Source: the human T2T-CHM13v2.0 reference genome, Homo sapiens
Reading direction: 5' to 3' (one strand)
DNA: 64,000 nt
Assembly: GCF_009914755.1 (NCBI RefSeq)
Contig: NC_060947.1
Each line of letters opens with the position of its first letter. The first letter of the stretch is position 1. The notes below the pieces were generated by a model, which saw only the letters and a program-made list of their open reading frames with translations, searched no databases and had not been told where the DNA came from. Shown here piece by piece: positions 48,207-62,406 of the stretch. Position numbers and translations under genes: made by a program.

Positions 48207-49472
48207 TTATGAACACACTTGAAACAAATTAAAAAGCAGGAAATTTTAGCAAAGAAACAGAAAATATAAAGAAGAACCAAATAGAAAACTTGTAACTGAA
48301 AAATACAACAGCTGAAATTTTAAAATTCGATGGATAAGCTCGACAGCAGAATAGAGGAGATAGAGGAGAAAATATCAGCAACCTCAAAGATAGGACAATG
48401 AAAATTACCCAATTTGAACAAGAGAGAGAACATAGGTGGGGGAAAAATGAACACAGGTTTATGGGACTATAACAAAAAATATAACATTCATGTCATCAGA
48501 GTTCAAGAAGGAAAGGAGAAAGAGGGCAGGTTGAAAACTTCCCAAATTTGGCAAAACATGCAAGCCTACAGATTCAAGAAGTGAGTGAGCCTCAAACAGG
48601 ATAAACTCAAAGAATTTCACACCAAGACACATCTTAGTTAAATTTCTGAAAATGGATAGCAAAGAAAAAAATTATTGAAAGCAGCAAGGGAGAAAAGACA
48701 TCTTATACATATGGGAAATATAATTTGAATGTGTTGGGGTGATCAGACCCAACACCAGGTCATGGGGACGACGAAGTCCAGTGGAGTCAAAGGAATGAGA
48801 AAAAGAGTTTGAGAGAGAAAGTGGGACCAGGAGGCCATCGCGAGTGTGGAGGCTGCAAAGGCCCCAAGCTCTGGGAGTCCACACTATTTATTGGTGCTCA
48901 AACAGGTGGTGGGGATGTGGGGGTTGAAAGGAAACAGTGTATCAAGTGAATGAGAAACATATGGCTGCTTGAGATAATGGGAGTGCTAGAAGCAAGGAGC
49001 CAGCAAGTCTAGCAGACATGCAAACTCTGCCTCAGCTTCTCTCCCAACATTCAGCTTTTCTCCCAACATGCCCCCCTTCTCTTTATTGTTAAAACCACCA
49101 CAGCTATCATTATTATTAGCATAAGATGGCCTCTTTTTTAAATTAATTGAGCAAGGCAATTGCAGGCTGTGCAGCCCTTAACTGCCGGTTGGTGATCCAG
49201 CTTCATTTTTCTTAGCCCTTATTCAAAATGGAGTCGCTCTGGTTTGAATGCTTCCTACATATCTCCCTTTTCCCTTTTACAAGAGGACCGTTAATCCTAG
49301 GGGTTGCAGAAGGATGGAGGTCCGTCTTCTGTAACTTCTTCATGCTAAATAGGGGCGATGATACTCCTGCCTACCTATTAGGTTCTCTTGTATTCAGGGT
49401 AGAGAGGAGTTCAGTCAGAAAGTATTCATCCGTTAAGCATCTATAGGTAAAACCCTGGCACTCCAGCAGTTT

Positions 49473-50518
49473 TGTGTCTGGAATTGGTGGGTTCTCGGTC
49501 TCGCTGACTTCAAGAAGGAAGCCGTGGACCCTTGCGGTGAGTGTTACAATTCTTAAAGATGGTGTGTCCGGAGTTTGTTCCTTCTGATGTTCGGACGTGT
49601 CTGGAGTTTCTTCCTACTGGTGGGTTCGTGGTCTCACTGACTTCAGGAGTGAAGCTGCAGACCTTCGCGGTGAGTGTTACAGCTCTTAAAGGTGGCACGT
49701 CTGGAGTTATTCGTTCCTCCCAGTGGGTTCATGGTCTCGCTGGCCTCAGGAGTGAAGCTGCAGACCTTCATGGTGAGTGTTACAGCTCATAAAGGTGGCA
49801 AGGACCCAAAGAGTGAGCAGCAGCAAGATTTATTGCGAAGAGCAAAAGAACAAAGCTTCCACAGTATGGAAGGGGACCTGAGCAGGTTGCCGCTGCTGGC
49901 TTTGGTGGCCTGCTTTTATTTCCTTATCTGCCCCACCCACATCCTGCTGATTGGTCCATTTTACAGAGCGCTGATTGGTCCATTTTGACAGAGTGCTGAT
50001 TGGTGCGTTTGCAATCCTTTAGCTAGACAGAAAAGTTCTCCAAGTCCCCACCCATCCCAGAAGCCCAGCTGGCTTCACCTCTCACTGGCACTCACCACGG
50101 GACTTTGCGGCACCTAGCCTGGGCACTCCAGCAGCCCAGAGGGAGCTCATCCCAGACAATCAGGAGGAAAAGAAGGGAAGCGAGAAAGAGACAGAGACCT
50201 CCTATCGTGGCCAACGATCCCGTGAAGAGGGAATGGTGGTCCATGCACAGGATTCAGCCTCCAATCAAGCCAGGCACCACTCACCTGGGACCCGTGCCAG
50301 CCTGCAAGTGCCGTGTGCAGCCTGGCTCCCACCCACACCTCTCTCTTCACACTTCCCCGCGAGCAGAGGGAGCTGGCTCCAGCCTCGGCCAGCCCCAGAG
50401 AGGGGCCCTCATAGCGCAGCTGTGGGCTGAAGGGCTCCTCGAGTGCAACCAGAGCAGACGCCGAGGCTGAGGAGGGACCGAGAGCAAGCGAGGGCTGCTA
50501 GCACATTGTCACCTCTCA
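49473..50518 (-). mobile_element. Solo LTR12-family LTR nested in the HERV-K 3' region
   Basis: Homologous to 37303-38931; TG...CA termini; 4-bp TSD gttt (49469-49472 / 50519-50522). Confidence 0.93.
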
Positions 50519-50909
50519 GTTTCTCACAGCGTGGCTTGTATTGGGGGAACCCGGTCCATGATTGGGATCCATGGGTCCTTCCAGTCTCATGTTCCATGGT
50601 CATACACATCTTGAGGGCACCTACACGGTTTGTTCATCTCCTGCAAAAACACAAGCATACCCTCACCCCCAGTTAGTAAATCTACTGAAACAGAAGCAAA
50701 AACTTTTGTGGCTGTAGCCAAGAGGCCTGCCATTGCTGAAGCATTTGTAACTCACCTTCTGCCTCTTTGGTTAATTACCGTGGGGTAAAACTTACTGTTG
50801 ATAACGAGAAGCAGGCCCCTTCTAACAGAAGGCACAGAGAAAGCAAATCGAGGCCTGAAAGCAATCCTTAAACCTTCAATTTGCACTGTACAGGTGGGTC
50901 CACTAGATG

Positions 50910-53467
50910 CTATGGTTCATGATAGATCTTCAGATGTTTGGTGGGCACCCACACAGGCACCTGATCCTCACCTGGAGAGACACAAGCAAATCCTCTTCCC
51001 CATAAAATTATCTGTCCTTTTTCCCAGCTCTTTGTATGTACATCCCTCCACCATGTATCTTGTCCAGCCTTTTTATTTTCCTTTTGTCCCGTCAGGTGTT
51101 GTTCAGCTGCAGTCATGGTTTGATCTTTTTGTACATTTAAAAAAATTAATGTTAATCAAGCTAAATGCAAATGATATGTGGTTTTTTATATTCCTGGTCC
51201 CCTCCCTTTTGCTTTTGTATTTGAGTTTTTAAAGTACAATTAGCCCTTTCCACTATTGCTTGTCCTTGTGAGTTATATGGAATACCCATAGTATGGGTAA
51301 TATTCCATTGTTGAAAAAATGTAGCCATGGCTTTACTACAGTATCCTGGGCTGTTATCAGTTTTGATTTTTTCTGGGATTCCCATAACTGAAAAGCAAGA
51401 TAAAAGATGTCTTTTAACATGAGCTGTGGCTTCCCATGTTTGACATGTGGCCCAGATAAAATGTAAATAGGTATTTACTGAAACATGAACAAAGGACAAT
51501 TTTCCAAAAGCAGGAATATGTGTTACATCCATCTGCCAGATGGAATTTGGAGATAAACCTCTAGGGTTAACTCCTGTTCCTTGATGTGGCAGATACAGGG
51601 CTTGGCAGGCAGAACAGTGTTACACAATTTCTTTAGCTTGTTTCCATGATAGACCATATCTTTTTCTAAGGCCTGCTGCATTAAGATGGGTTAAATAATG
51701 AAATGTTTGTGCATCAGCAAAGGCTGCAGACATGAATGCATCCACCCTTTAATTAAATTTAAAGGGCCAGGGAGGTTAGTATGTGCTCTCAAATGAGTGA
51801 TATAGAAAGGTGAATGCCTTTGTTGTACTGCTTGCTGTAAAGAATGAAATAAAAGATTAAGTCGTTCATCAGTCACATTTCAAATTAAGGCACATTCAAC
51901 ATTTTGCATGGCTTGCACAACATAGGCTGAATCAGAAGCAATGTTTACTGGCTGCTTAAAAGTTTTTAACACTGTTATCACAGCCATAAGTTCAGCCCTT
52001 TGAGCAGAAGCAAAGTCAGTTTGAAAAACTTGCTGTTGAGGTCCTGCAAATGAGGCTTTTCCATTACTAGATCCATCAGTAAAAACAGTAATGGCCCCTT
52101 CAATAGGGGCTTTTTGAGTAATAGAAGGCAATACCAGGATGTTAATTTTAGAAACTGGAAGATTTTAGACTTAGGATAATGATTACCAAGAATGCCAACA
52201 AAACCGGCCAAATTAACTTGCCATTCTTGGAATTAATATAGGCTTGTTGAATTTGTTGTTTAGTTAATGGAACTATGATCTGATTTGGATCATGTCCCAT
52301 TAGCTTTGTTGTACGCAGCCTCGCTTGTCCTACTAGCACAGCAATTTGATCTAAGTATAGAGTGAGCATTTTGGTTGTATTGTATGGTAGAAAAAGCCAC
52401 TCAACCAGATCATCCTGTTGAACTATAACTCCTGTAGGCAAATGCTTAGTAGGAAAAACTAAAAACTGTAATGTCTGTATCAGGTTAATCCATTCTACTT
52501 GTGCTTGCCGAATTTTTTCCTCAATTGATTGAAGTTCCTCCAATGTTTCCTTGGACAGGGAGTGTTTACTGTTAAGGTTAGAATCACCTCGTAAAGTAGA
52601 AAAGAGGTGAGACATAGCATAGGTAGGAATGCCTAAAGTTGGATAAATCCAATTAATGTCTCCTAATAATTTTGGGGAATCTTTTAAGGTTTCTGAATTA
52701 TCTCTTCGAATTTGAACCTTTTGAGGCTTAATAGCACTTTGCTCTACCTTCATTCCTAGATATTGAAAGGGAGTAGAAGTTTGGATTTTATCAGAGGCTA
52801 TAATTAACCCTGCCGCATTTACAGCCTTTTCTAACTGTTTGTAGCACAACATCAATTCTTCCCTAGTTTCAGCTGCACACAGAATATCATCCATGTAATG
52901 GATAATATAACATTTTTTGAACTGTTCTCTAACTGGCTTAATAGCTTTCCTGACATAAATTTGACAAACAGTCGGGCTGTTTAGCATGCCTTGTGGTAGT
53001 ACTTTCCAATGGTATCTGTCTGCCGATTCTTTATTATTTATGGTGGGAACAGTAAAAGCAAATTTTTCATAATCTTGGGCAGCTAAAGGAATGGCAAAAA
53101 AGCAATCCTTTAGATCTATCATTATGAGAGGCCAGTATTTTGGGATCATTGCTGGGGAGGGCAGCCCTGGTTGTAGAACACCCATGGGTCGAGTCACAGC
53201 ATTAACAGCCCTTAAATCTGTTAACATTCTCCATTTCCCTGATTTTTTCTTAATGACAAATACAGGAGAATTCCAAGGGGATAAAGTAGGCTCTATATGT
53301 CCCTTTTGCAATTGTTCCTGCACCAGTTCTTTTAAAGCCTCCAGTTTTTCCTGTTTCAGCGGCCATTGCTCCACCCAAACCGGTTTGGCAGTTAGCCAAA
53401 CAAGAGGAATGGGAGCCAGAGGCTCAACAATGGCCGCTCCCAAAAATGACACCTCAATCCAGTCCAA
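50910..53467 (-). pseudogene. HERV-K pol remnant (RT, RNase H, integrase), frameshifted
   Basis: 439-aa ORF 52148-53467 with [20 protein letters not shown] and YMDD; RNase H VFTDGSS (51880-52131); integrase KTDN...[11 protein letters not shown] (51161-51532). Confidence 0.92.
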
Positions 53468-54278
53468 TCTGTTTGCCCTTTTAATTCTAAAGGTTCTGAT
53501 TGGCCATTTTTATCTTTTCCTAGTCCTTCTCTCAGGCGATATCCCATATTTTTCATCATTTGTCTACTATTATTACTATATTGATCCGTAGGAATAGATA
53601 TTTCATCATCCCATTGTTGCAATAAGTCTCTACCCCATAAATTGACAGGAATAGGTGTAATGATAGGCTGAATTGTTCCTTCCTGACCATCTGGCCTTGA
53701 CATGGTAAAATCAAAGAACTATGAAAAACTTCCGAGGCAGCTCCTACTCCAATAATACCAATGGATGCCCTTTGCTTAGGCCAGTGCTGGGGCCATTGAT
53801 TTATAGCAATAATAGAGACATCAGCTCCAGTATCTACTAGTCCTTCAAAATCTTTTCCCCGAATAGTTACTGTGCAAATAGATCTTTTGTCAGACACTTG
53901 ATTAACCCAATACACAGCCTTTCCTGCTGGATTAGTATTACCAAAGCCTCCTGTTCTTTTCACTGTGCTGCTTCCTAGTTTTATGTAAGGTAACAGCAAC
54001 AACTGAGGAATTCTTTCTCCTGGGGAGGCAGACCACAGAGTCAAGGAACTAATAACTAATTGATTTTCTCCAGTATAATCAGAGTCAATTATTCCCGTAT
54101 GTACAGTAACACCTTTTAAATTTAGACTAGACCTTCCAAGTAATAGACCGACTGTTCCTGAGGGTAAGGGTCCCCTAACTCCCATGGGGACCTTCTTTGG
54201 TGGCTCCACAGGAAGTAAGGAGATGGGAATTGTGCTGCAGAGGTCTACAGCAGCACTGCCTGCTGAGGCAGGGGACAA
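53392..54278 (-). pseudogene. HERV-K pro remnant: dUTPase, aspartic protease and G-patch
   Basis: GRSS, GIIDSDYTGE, RTGGFG (dUTPase); LVDTGAD (protease); MMKNMGY..GLGK (G-patch) after a frameshift. Confidence 0.92.
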
Positions 54279-55902
54279 TTGTTGTACATTTGTAAGGCCA
54301 CTGGCTGTGCTGGGTATGCCTCAGTTTGTTGAGGGGCTCGAGGCGGGCCCTTCTTCCCGTTTCCTGAAAGAGGTTGTCCATCTTTGCTAAATTTAGAATG
54401 GCACTGACTTGCCCAGTGATTGCCTTTCTTACACTGGGGACATACACCAGGACTTTTCTGTTGATTGATGGTAGTAGTTTTTGCCTTTTGATTTCCTTTT
54501 CTACATTCCTTTCTTGTATGTCCAAATTGCCCACAATTAAAGCAAGAGCCTGAGAAATAGGGCATATTATTTCCTACTCTTAATCCAGCCAGAGCCTGAG
54601 CTAAAAGAATAGCCTTATGTAAGTTACCTCCAATGCCATCGCAAACCTTAATATATTCAGCTAAATAAGTCTTCCCTCTCAGGGGTCTAATAGCAGTTTG
54701 ACACTGTACATTAGCATTATCGTATGCAAGAAGCTGTATTACAACATCCCGAGCCGTTTTATCAGTTATGGCTTTATACACAGCCTCTTGGAACCGAGCA
54801 ATAAAATCAATATATGGTTCTTTAGGTCCTTGTCAGACAGAGCTGAAAGAAGGATATTTTTCCCATGTAACATTTATCCTTTCCCATGCCTGTAAGTACA
54901 CAAAGCACAGCTGAACAATGGCAACATCCTCCATTACTGCTTGATTCTCTAATTGACCCCAATTAGGGCCAACTCCCATTAACTGTTCAAAGGAAACAGG
55001 CACAGGTGGCTGTGCTTGTGTGTTTTCCCTTGCCTGAGTTTGTGCTTCCTCAGCCCACCAGCTTTTAAACTGCAAGTACTGAGATGGAGTAAGAATGGAT
55101 TTTGTCAAAGTATCCCAATCATATGATATTATCTATTATCGAGAGCCATATTTTTTAATAAAGTTTGCACAAAAGGAGAGTTCAGTCCATATTGACCAAT
55201 GGCTTGCTTAAATTCCTTTAGTAACTTAAAAGGGAAAGTGGCCCAATTAGCTATATTCTGTCCTCCGTGCTGGATTATAATAATGGGAAATTGCCATGCT
55301 TCAAGGTCTCCCTTGGCTCTAGCTTTTTGAATAGAATTTTGCATAGCACCATCAATTGATGGTTTTATGATGCTCCAGGTTTTAATGTTGCAACTACAGG
55401 AGCAGTAAGTTTTTCAGCTAATTTCTTTTCTGGCCCATTAAGGAGAGAGAGAGGAGGTGGCCATTCATTTAATTCAGCAGGTGGAGCCGACGGGCTAGTA
55501 AAACATATTTTTTTAGTTTTCCTTTCTTTTCTTTAATCTCTTCCGGTAGCTGTTCCTCACACTCAGAATCTGAAGCTAGTTTTTTACACTCGTCCTCCTC
55601 TTTGTCATCTGAATCTGCCTATCTGTTTGAAATGGCTCAAGAGCTGCCTTTATTAGCACCCACATTGACCAAACAGAAACTGGAATTTCTGCTCCCTCTT
55701 TATCTGCCTTTTTAAAATCTCTTCGAATTCTCTCCCATTCATCCAACTCCATAGTCCCTTGTTCAGGAAACCACGGGCAAAACTGCTTTACTGTACTAAA
55801 GAGTGATAATAAACTCTGAGTACTAACTTTCACTCCCCCTCTTCATAATAAATGCCTCAAGAAATTTAAATAAGCAGAATGTCTGCTTTCACTTTGTCAC
55901 AT
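54245..55902 (-). pseudogene. HERV-K gag remnant
   Basis: Starts ATG-TGA at 55902; CPWFPEQG (MA); CA fragments; two CCHC knuckles CFNCGQFGHTRKEC and CPQCKKGNHWASQC. Confidence 0.9.
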
Positions 55903-57646
55903 TGTTACCCTATTCTTCCGAGCGCTCAGCTTTCCCGCGGAGCATCTTTTAGATGTCCTCGGGTGTCCTTTGACGATGCATCCTCTGCTTTCACATGCTC
56001 TAGCATTCCTTCACCGGGGTCTTTGTCACCCCACATTGGGCAGCCAGGAATGTTGGGGTGATCAGACCCAACACCAGGTCATGGGGGCGACGAAGTCCAG
56101 TGGAGTCAAAGGAATGAGAAAAAGACAGTTTGAGAGAGAAAGTGGGACCAGGGAGCCATCGCGAGTGTGGAGGCTGCAAAGGCCCCGAGCTCTGAAAGCC
56201 CACACTATTTATTGGTGCCCAAACAAAGAAACAGGTGGTGAGGATGTGGGGGTTGAAAGGAAACAGTGTATCAAGTGAATGAGAAACATACGGCTGCTTG
56301 AGATAATGGGAGTGCTAGAAGCAAGGAGCCAGCAAGTCTAGCAGACATGCAAGCCCTGCCTCAGCTTCTCTCCCTACACTCAGCTTTTCTTCCAACAGAA
56401 TAACAATGGTTTCTCATCTGCAACCATGCAGGTCAGAAGGAAGCACCATGCTGAAAGAAAACAATTGTTAATCCACAATTCTATATCCAACAAAAGTATC
56501 CCTTAGCAATAAAGGGGAAATCAAGACTTTCTTACATGAAGAAAAACTAAGAGAATTTATTACTAGTTGCCATACCCAAAAAGAACGGTATAAGGAAGTT
56601 CTCTAAATGAAAAGGGAATTAAAAAAAAAAAAGGAATCTTGGACGATAAGAAAGGAAGAAAAAATATAGTAAGAAAAAATATGGGTAAACAGAATTTTCT
56701 TCTGCTCTTGAGTCTTCCAAATTATGCTGAACAATTGAAGCAAAAATTACAATGCTGTCTGAATTAGTTCTAAATGTAAGTAGAGGAAATACTTAAGAGA
56801 AATATATTGTAATGAAGAAGTGTAAAAGAACATTAAGAGAGGTAAGGTTTCTATACTCCACTCAAACTGATAAAGTAGAGACACCAGTAGCTTGTGATAA
56901 GATAGATGATGATGATAGATAGATAGATAGATGCATATATGTAATGTAATACCTAGAGCAATGACTAAAACAGCTACACAAAGGGATACACTCACAAACA
57001 CTGTATATAAATCAAAATGGAATTCTAAAAATTGTTGAAATAATCTACAGGAAGGCAGGAGAGCAAAAGAAAAACAGAAATAAAAGAGGGGAAGAATAAG
57101 CTGGCAGATTTAAGTTTCAAGTAGCAATAATTATATTAAATTTAAATGGTATAAATGTACCAATTAAAAAACAGAAACTGGCAGAGTTGGTTAAAAAACA
57201 TGATCTAACTATATGATATCTATAAGAAACTCACTTTAAATATAATGGTATAGTCAGGTTGAAAGTAGAAGGATAGAAAAGTATTATTATGCAAACATCA
57301 AGCAAAAGAAAGCAGTAGTGGCTACATTAGTATCCGAGTATATATAGAGATACCACATACACACAAATATATTAGCAATATATATGTAATATGTCATTAC
57401 ATATAATCAGTATATATTTTACCTTAAATTAAATACATATTAACATATAAATAATAGTAAACATATAGACAGAGTATAAAATAAAATTCATTTCAGACCC
57501 CAAAGATTTACCCAAGACAAAGAAGGATATTACATAATGATAAAAGTGTCAGTTCATCAAGACATGACTATCCTAAAGTATATGCACCAAACAACAGAGC
57601 TGCAAAATATGTAAAGCAAAAACTGATTGAGCTAAAAGTAAAAACA

Positions 57647-57963
57647 GGTCGGGTGCAATGGCTCATGCCTGTAACCCCAGCAACTTGAGACGCTAAGGTG
57701 GGCAGATCACTTGAGGTCAGGAGTTCGAGACCAGCCTGGCCAACATGGAGAAACCCCATCTCTACTAAAAATACAAAAATTAGCCAGGTGTGGTGGTGCA
57801 CACCTGTAATCCCAGCTACTTGGGTGGCTGATGCAGGAGGATCACTTCAGCTCGAGAGGCAGAGGTTGCAGTGAGCCAAGATCTGCCAAGATCTTGCCAC
57901 TGCACTCTGGCCTGGGCGACAGAGTGACACTCCATCTCTAAAAAAAAAAAAAAAAAAAAAAAA
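57647..57963 (+). mobile_element. AluS
   Basis: Full dimer with long poly(A) and a small internal duplication of gccaagatct. Confidence 0.92.
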
Positions 57964-58615
57964 GGATAAATATAGTTAAGATGGTAAATTAATGTTATAT
58001 GTATCTTACCACAATTGAAAAGTTTTAAACTACATTTATCATATAACTTTAACCTTGTGTGTTATTTCCAACAACTGCAAATAGTGCACTATAAATTTCT
58101 ATGTTGTACAAACCTAGAGATTATTCTAAATGATAACATTGCACAGTGTTATCCATGTTAACAAAAACATTAAATTTATTAAATGTGTACATTTAAAATA
58201 TACCACAAAATTTAACCCTTGTTTGGTATTTATTTTGTAATATATCCATAAGAATAAAAGTGGCCATTTTTCTCTAGACCTGTGAGAGTCCTTGCTCCTC
58301 TCCACACACCCCATTTCAACCACCATTCCCTTTCCCCAAACTTTGTTCTGATTCTTCACCCTTCTATTGCTCCCATACTACTTCTTTCCCCAGATTTCTC
58401 ACCCTGGAAGTCCTCAACCCAAGAGTTCCTATAATTTCTGCCTCTCATCTCTACCTGAGCCTGCATTCATCTTACTGAGCTAGAAATGCAAACCAGGGAG
58501 GTTGTCACTGGCTGCTTGAATTTGGAGAATTTCCAGTCCTGCTCATTGGGAACTGGCATGTCATGTTGTACAACTAGAGTAAGGAGTGCTATGTCAGAAG
58601 GTAGCAAGGCTTTCA

Positions 58616-58932
58616 GGCTAGTCATGATGGCTCACACCTGTAACCCCAGCACTTTGGGAGCCCAAGGAGGGAGGGAGGATCTCTTGAGCCCAAGGGTTCA
58701 AGACGAGCCTGGGCAACATAAGGAAACCCTGTCTTTACAAAAAAAAATTTAAATTAGCCAGGTGAAGTGGCACACACCTGTAGTCCCAGCTGCTCAGGAG
58801 ATTGAGGTGGGAGCATCATTTGAGCCTGGGAGGTTGAGGCTGCAATGAGCTGCACTCCAGCCTGGGTGACAGAGCAAGACCCTGTCAAAAAAAAGAAGAA
58901 GGAGGAGGAGGAGGAGGAGGAGAAGGAGGAGG
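58616..58932 (+). mobile_element. AluJ with (GGA)n tail
   Basis: 20-bp TSD agaaggtagcaaggcYttca (58596-58615 / 58933-58952). Confidence 0.92.
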
Positions 58933-59593
58933 AGAAGGTAGCAAGGCCTTCAGAACTGACTTCTGCGTGAGGCTGAAGTCAAAGCTTACAAACTCCCTCC
59001 AAGGTGAGGAGGAAAAAGTTGATAGAGTTGGCTAAAGCTCTTACTAAACATTGATAGGACAGATTCCTTTATTTAACTAAAACACAACTACAGTCACTAA
59101 TAGGAAACTACGTAGCCCACAAATAAAGGGATAATTAATTGAATCCATGCTGTACCCCTATCAAACAACAATAATAATATAATTAGTGGAAGTCCTAATA
59201 ATTAGTGGAAGTCAGGACAGATAGACACTGATTCCAGATACACATTTAGATAAACTATTAGTTATGTATAGCAGACCCTGGAGGAGAGAGGCCCAATATG
59301 AGTCCCCATTAAGCATGTTACTCTACATTGTTCTGCAGCTAGTAGCTTTATTTGTGTCTCTGGATAACAGTATTCAGAGCCAGGCTTCCCCTCTGTGTGT
59401 GACCACAGACCCAGCTTCAAGGTAGTGAACCTGTGCAGTCACACAGGTCCCCCACTAAGAAGGACCCTGGCTTGATTTAATTTTGTTATCACCACCTTAA
59501 AATTCTTAATATGTTTTCTCTTTGAACTCATATATTGTAAGTGATGTTCAGTGGGACAATGGATTGCATGCATGAACAGAGAAGACATGTAGA

Positions 59594-62406
59594 TGCAGGT
59601 TCATGAATGTTCATTACAGCACAGTTCACAGTAGCAAAGACATGGAATCAACCTAAATACCCATCAATGACAGACTGAATAAAGAAAATGTGGTACATAT
59701 ACACCATGGAATACTATGTGTATTAGTCCGTTTTCACACTGCTGATAAAGACATACCCAAAACTGGGAATTTACAAAAGAAAGATGTTTAATGGACTTAC
59801 AGTTCCACGTGGCTGGGGACACATCACAATCATGGTGGAAGGCAAGGAAGAGCAAGTCATATCTTACATGAATGGCAGCAGGCAAAAAGAGAGAGAGCTT
59901 GTGCAGGGAAACTCCCATTTTTAAAACCATCAGATATCTTTTAAAACCATCAGATATTGTGAAACTTATTCACTATCATGAGAACACCATGGGAAAGACC
60001 CACCCCCATGATTCAATTACCTCCCACCGGGTTCCTCCCATGATAAGTGGGAATTGTGGGAGTTACAATTCATGATGAGATTTGGGTAGGGACACAGCCA
60101 ATCCATATCATTCTGCCCCTGGCCCCTCCCAAATATCCTGTGCTCATATTTCAAAACCAATCATGCCTTCCCAACAGTCCCCCAAAGTCTTAACTCATTT
60201 CAGCATTAACTTAAAAGTCCACAGTCCAAAGTCTCATCCAAGATAAGTCAAGTCTCTTCCACCAATGAGCCCGTAAAATCAAAAGCAAGTTGGTTACTTC
60301 CAGGATACAGTGGGGACACGGGCATTGGATAAATACTGCCATTCCAAATGGGAGAAATTGGCCAAAACAAAGGGGCTACAGGCCCCATGTAAGTCTGAAA
60401 TCCAGTGGGGCAGTCAAATCTTAAAGCTCCAAAATGATCTCCTTTGACTCCAGGTCTCACATCCAGGTTACGCTGATGCAAAAGGTTGGTTCCCATGGTC
60501 TTGGGCAGCTCCACCCCTGTGGCTTTGCAGGGTACCGCTTCCCTCCCGACTGCTTTCACAGGCTTGCATTTAGTGTCTGTGGCTTTTCCAGGCACACAGT
60601 GCAAGCTGTGAGTGGATATACCATTCTGGGGTCTGGAGGACAGTGGCCCTCTTCTCACACCTCCACTAGGTAGTGCCCCAGTAGGGACTCTGTGTGAGGG
60701 TTCTGACCCCACATTTCCCTTCTGCACTGCCCTAGCAGAGGTTCTCCATGAGGGCCTTGCCCCTGCAGCAAACTTCCTGCCTGGACATCCAGGCATTTCC
60801 ATACATCCTCTGAAATCTAGGCGGAGGTTCTCTAACCCCAATTATTGACTTCTGTGCACTTGCAGGCTCAACACCACATGGAAGCTGCCAAGGCTTGGGG
60901 CTTGCACCCTCTAAAGCCATGGTCTGAGCTTTACATTGGCCCCTTTCAACCATGGTTGGAGTAGCTAGGATGCAGGGCACCAAGTCCCTAGGCTGCACAC
61001 AGCACGGGGACCCTGGGCCCAGCCCATGAAACCACTTTTTCCTCTTAGGCCTCTGGGCCTGTGATGGGAGGGACTGTCGTGAAGACCTCTGACATGCCCT
61101 GGAGACATTTTCCCCATTGTCTTGGGGATTAACATTTGGCTCTTTGTTACTTATGCAAATTTCCACAGCTGGCTTGAATTTCTCCTCAGAAGATGAGATT
61201 TTCTTTTCTATTGCATTGTCAGGCTACAAATTTTCTGAACTTTTATGCTCTGCTTCCCTTATAAAACTGAATGCATTTAACAGAACCCAAGTCACCTCTT
61301 GAATGCTTTGCTGCTTAGAAATTTCTTCCGCCAGATACCCTAAATCATCTCTCTCAAGTTCAAAGTTCCACAAATCTTTAGGGCAGGCACAAAATGTCAC
61401 CAGGCTCTTTGCTAAAACATAACAAGAGTCACCTTTACTCCAGTTCCCAACAAGTCCCTCACCTCCATCTGAGACCACCTCAGTCTGGATTTCATTGTCC
61501 ATATCATTATCAGCATTTTGGTCAAAGCCATTCAACAAGTCTCTGGGAAGTTCCAAACTTTCCCACATTTTTCTATCTTCTTCTGAGCCCTCCAAACTGT
61601 TCTAACCTCTGCCTGTTACCCAGCTCCAAAGTTACACCCACATTTTTGGGTATCTTTTCAGCAGCACCCCACTCCTGGTACCAATTTACTGTGTTAGTTC
61701 ATTTTCATGCTGCTGATAAAGACATACCTGAGGCTGGGCAATTTACAAAGGAAAGATGTTTAATGGTCTTACAGTTCCACATGACTGGGGAGACCTCACA
61801 ATCATGGGGGAAGGCAAGGAGGAGCAAGTCACGTCTTACTTACATGGACAGCAGCGGGAAAAGAGAGAGCTTGTGCAGGGAAACTCCCATTTCAGATCTC
61901 ATGAGACTTAGTCACTAACACCAGAACAGCACTGGAAAGACCCACCCCCATGATTTAATTACCTCCCACTGGGTTCCTCCCATGGCACGTGGGAATTGTG
62001 GGAGTTACAACTCATGATAAGATGTGGATGGAGACACAGCCAAACTGTATCACTATGCATCCATAAAAAAGAACACGATCATGTCTTTTGCAGGAACATG
62101 GATGGAGCTGAAGGCTGTCATCCTTAACAAACTAACACAGGAATAGAAAACCAAATACTATATGTTTTCACCTCTAAGTAGGAACTAAATGATAAGAACT
62201 TATGAACACAAAGAAGGAAGCAACAGACACTGAGGTCTACTTAAGAGGGGAGGGTAGGAGGAGGGAAAGGAGCAGAAAAGATAACTATTGGGCACAGAGC
62301 TTAATATCTGTGTAGTATAATAATATGTAAAACAAACCCCCATGGCACATGTGTATCTATGCAACAAACCTTCACATGTACCCCCAAACCTAAAATAAAA
62401 ATTTTA
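59594..62406 (+). mobile_element. 5'-truncated L1PB/old-L1PA 3' end, split by THE1
   Basis: ...caccatggaatactatg | catccataaaaaagaac...; TSD aagacatgtaga (59582-59593 / 62407-62418). Confidence 0.85.
59719..62052 (-). mobile_element. Full-length THE1 (B/C-like) MaLR retrotransposon: LTR 59719-60110, internal region 60111-61689, LTR 61690-62052
   Basis: Two homologous LTRs, about 1.6 kb internal region with THE1 ORF remnants (61224-61595, 60248-60841), and 5-bp TSD ctatg. Confidence 0.95.

Larger units (their letters stand above)
48732..56397 (-). mobile_element. Betaretrovirus-like provirus, HERV-K14/HML-1-like with LTR14A-like LTRs, env largely deleted
   Basis: LTRs at 48732-49068 (337 bp) and 56051-56397 (347 bp). 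Lys-like PBS tggctgcccaatgtgggg, PPT aaagagaaggggggca, apparent TSD gaatg/gaata, gag-pro-pol remnants. Confidence 0.9.
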
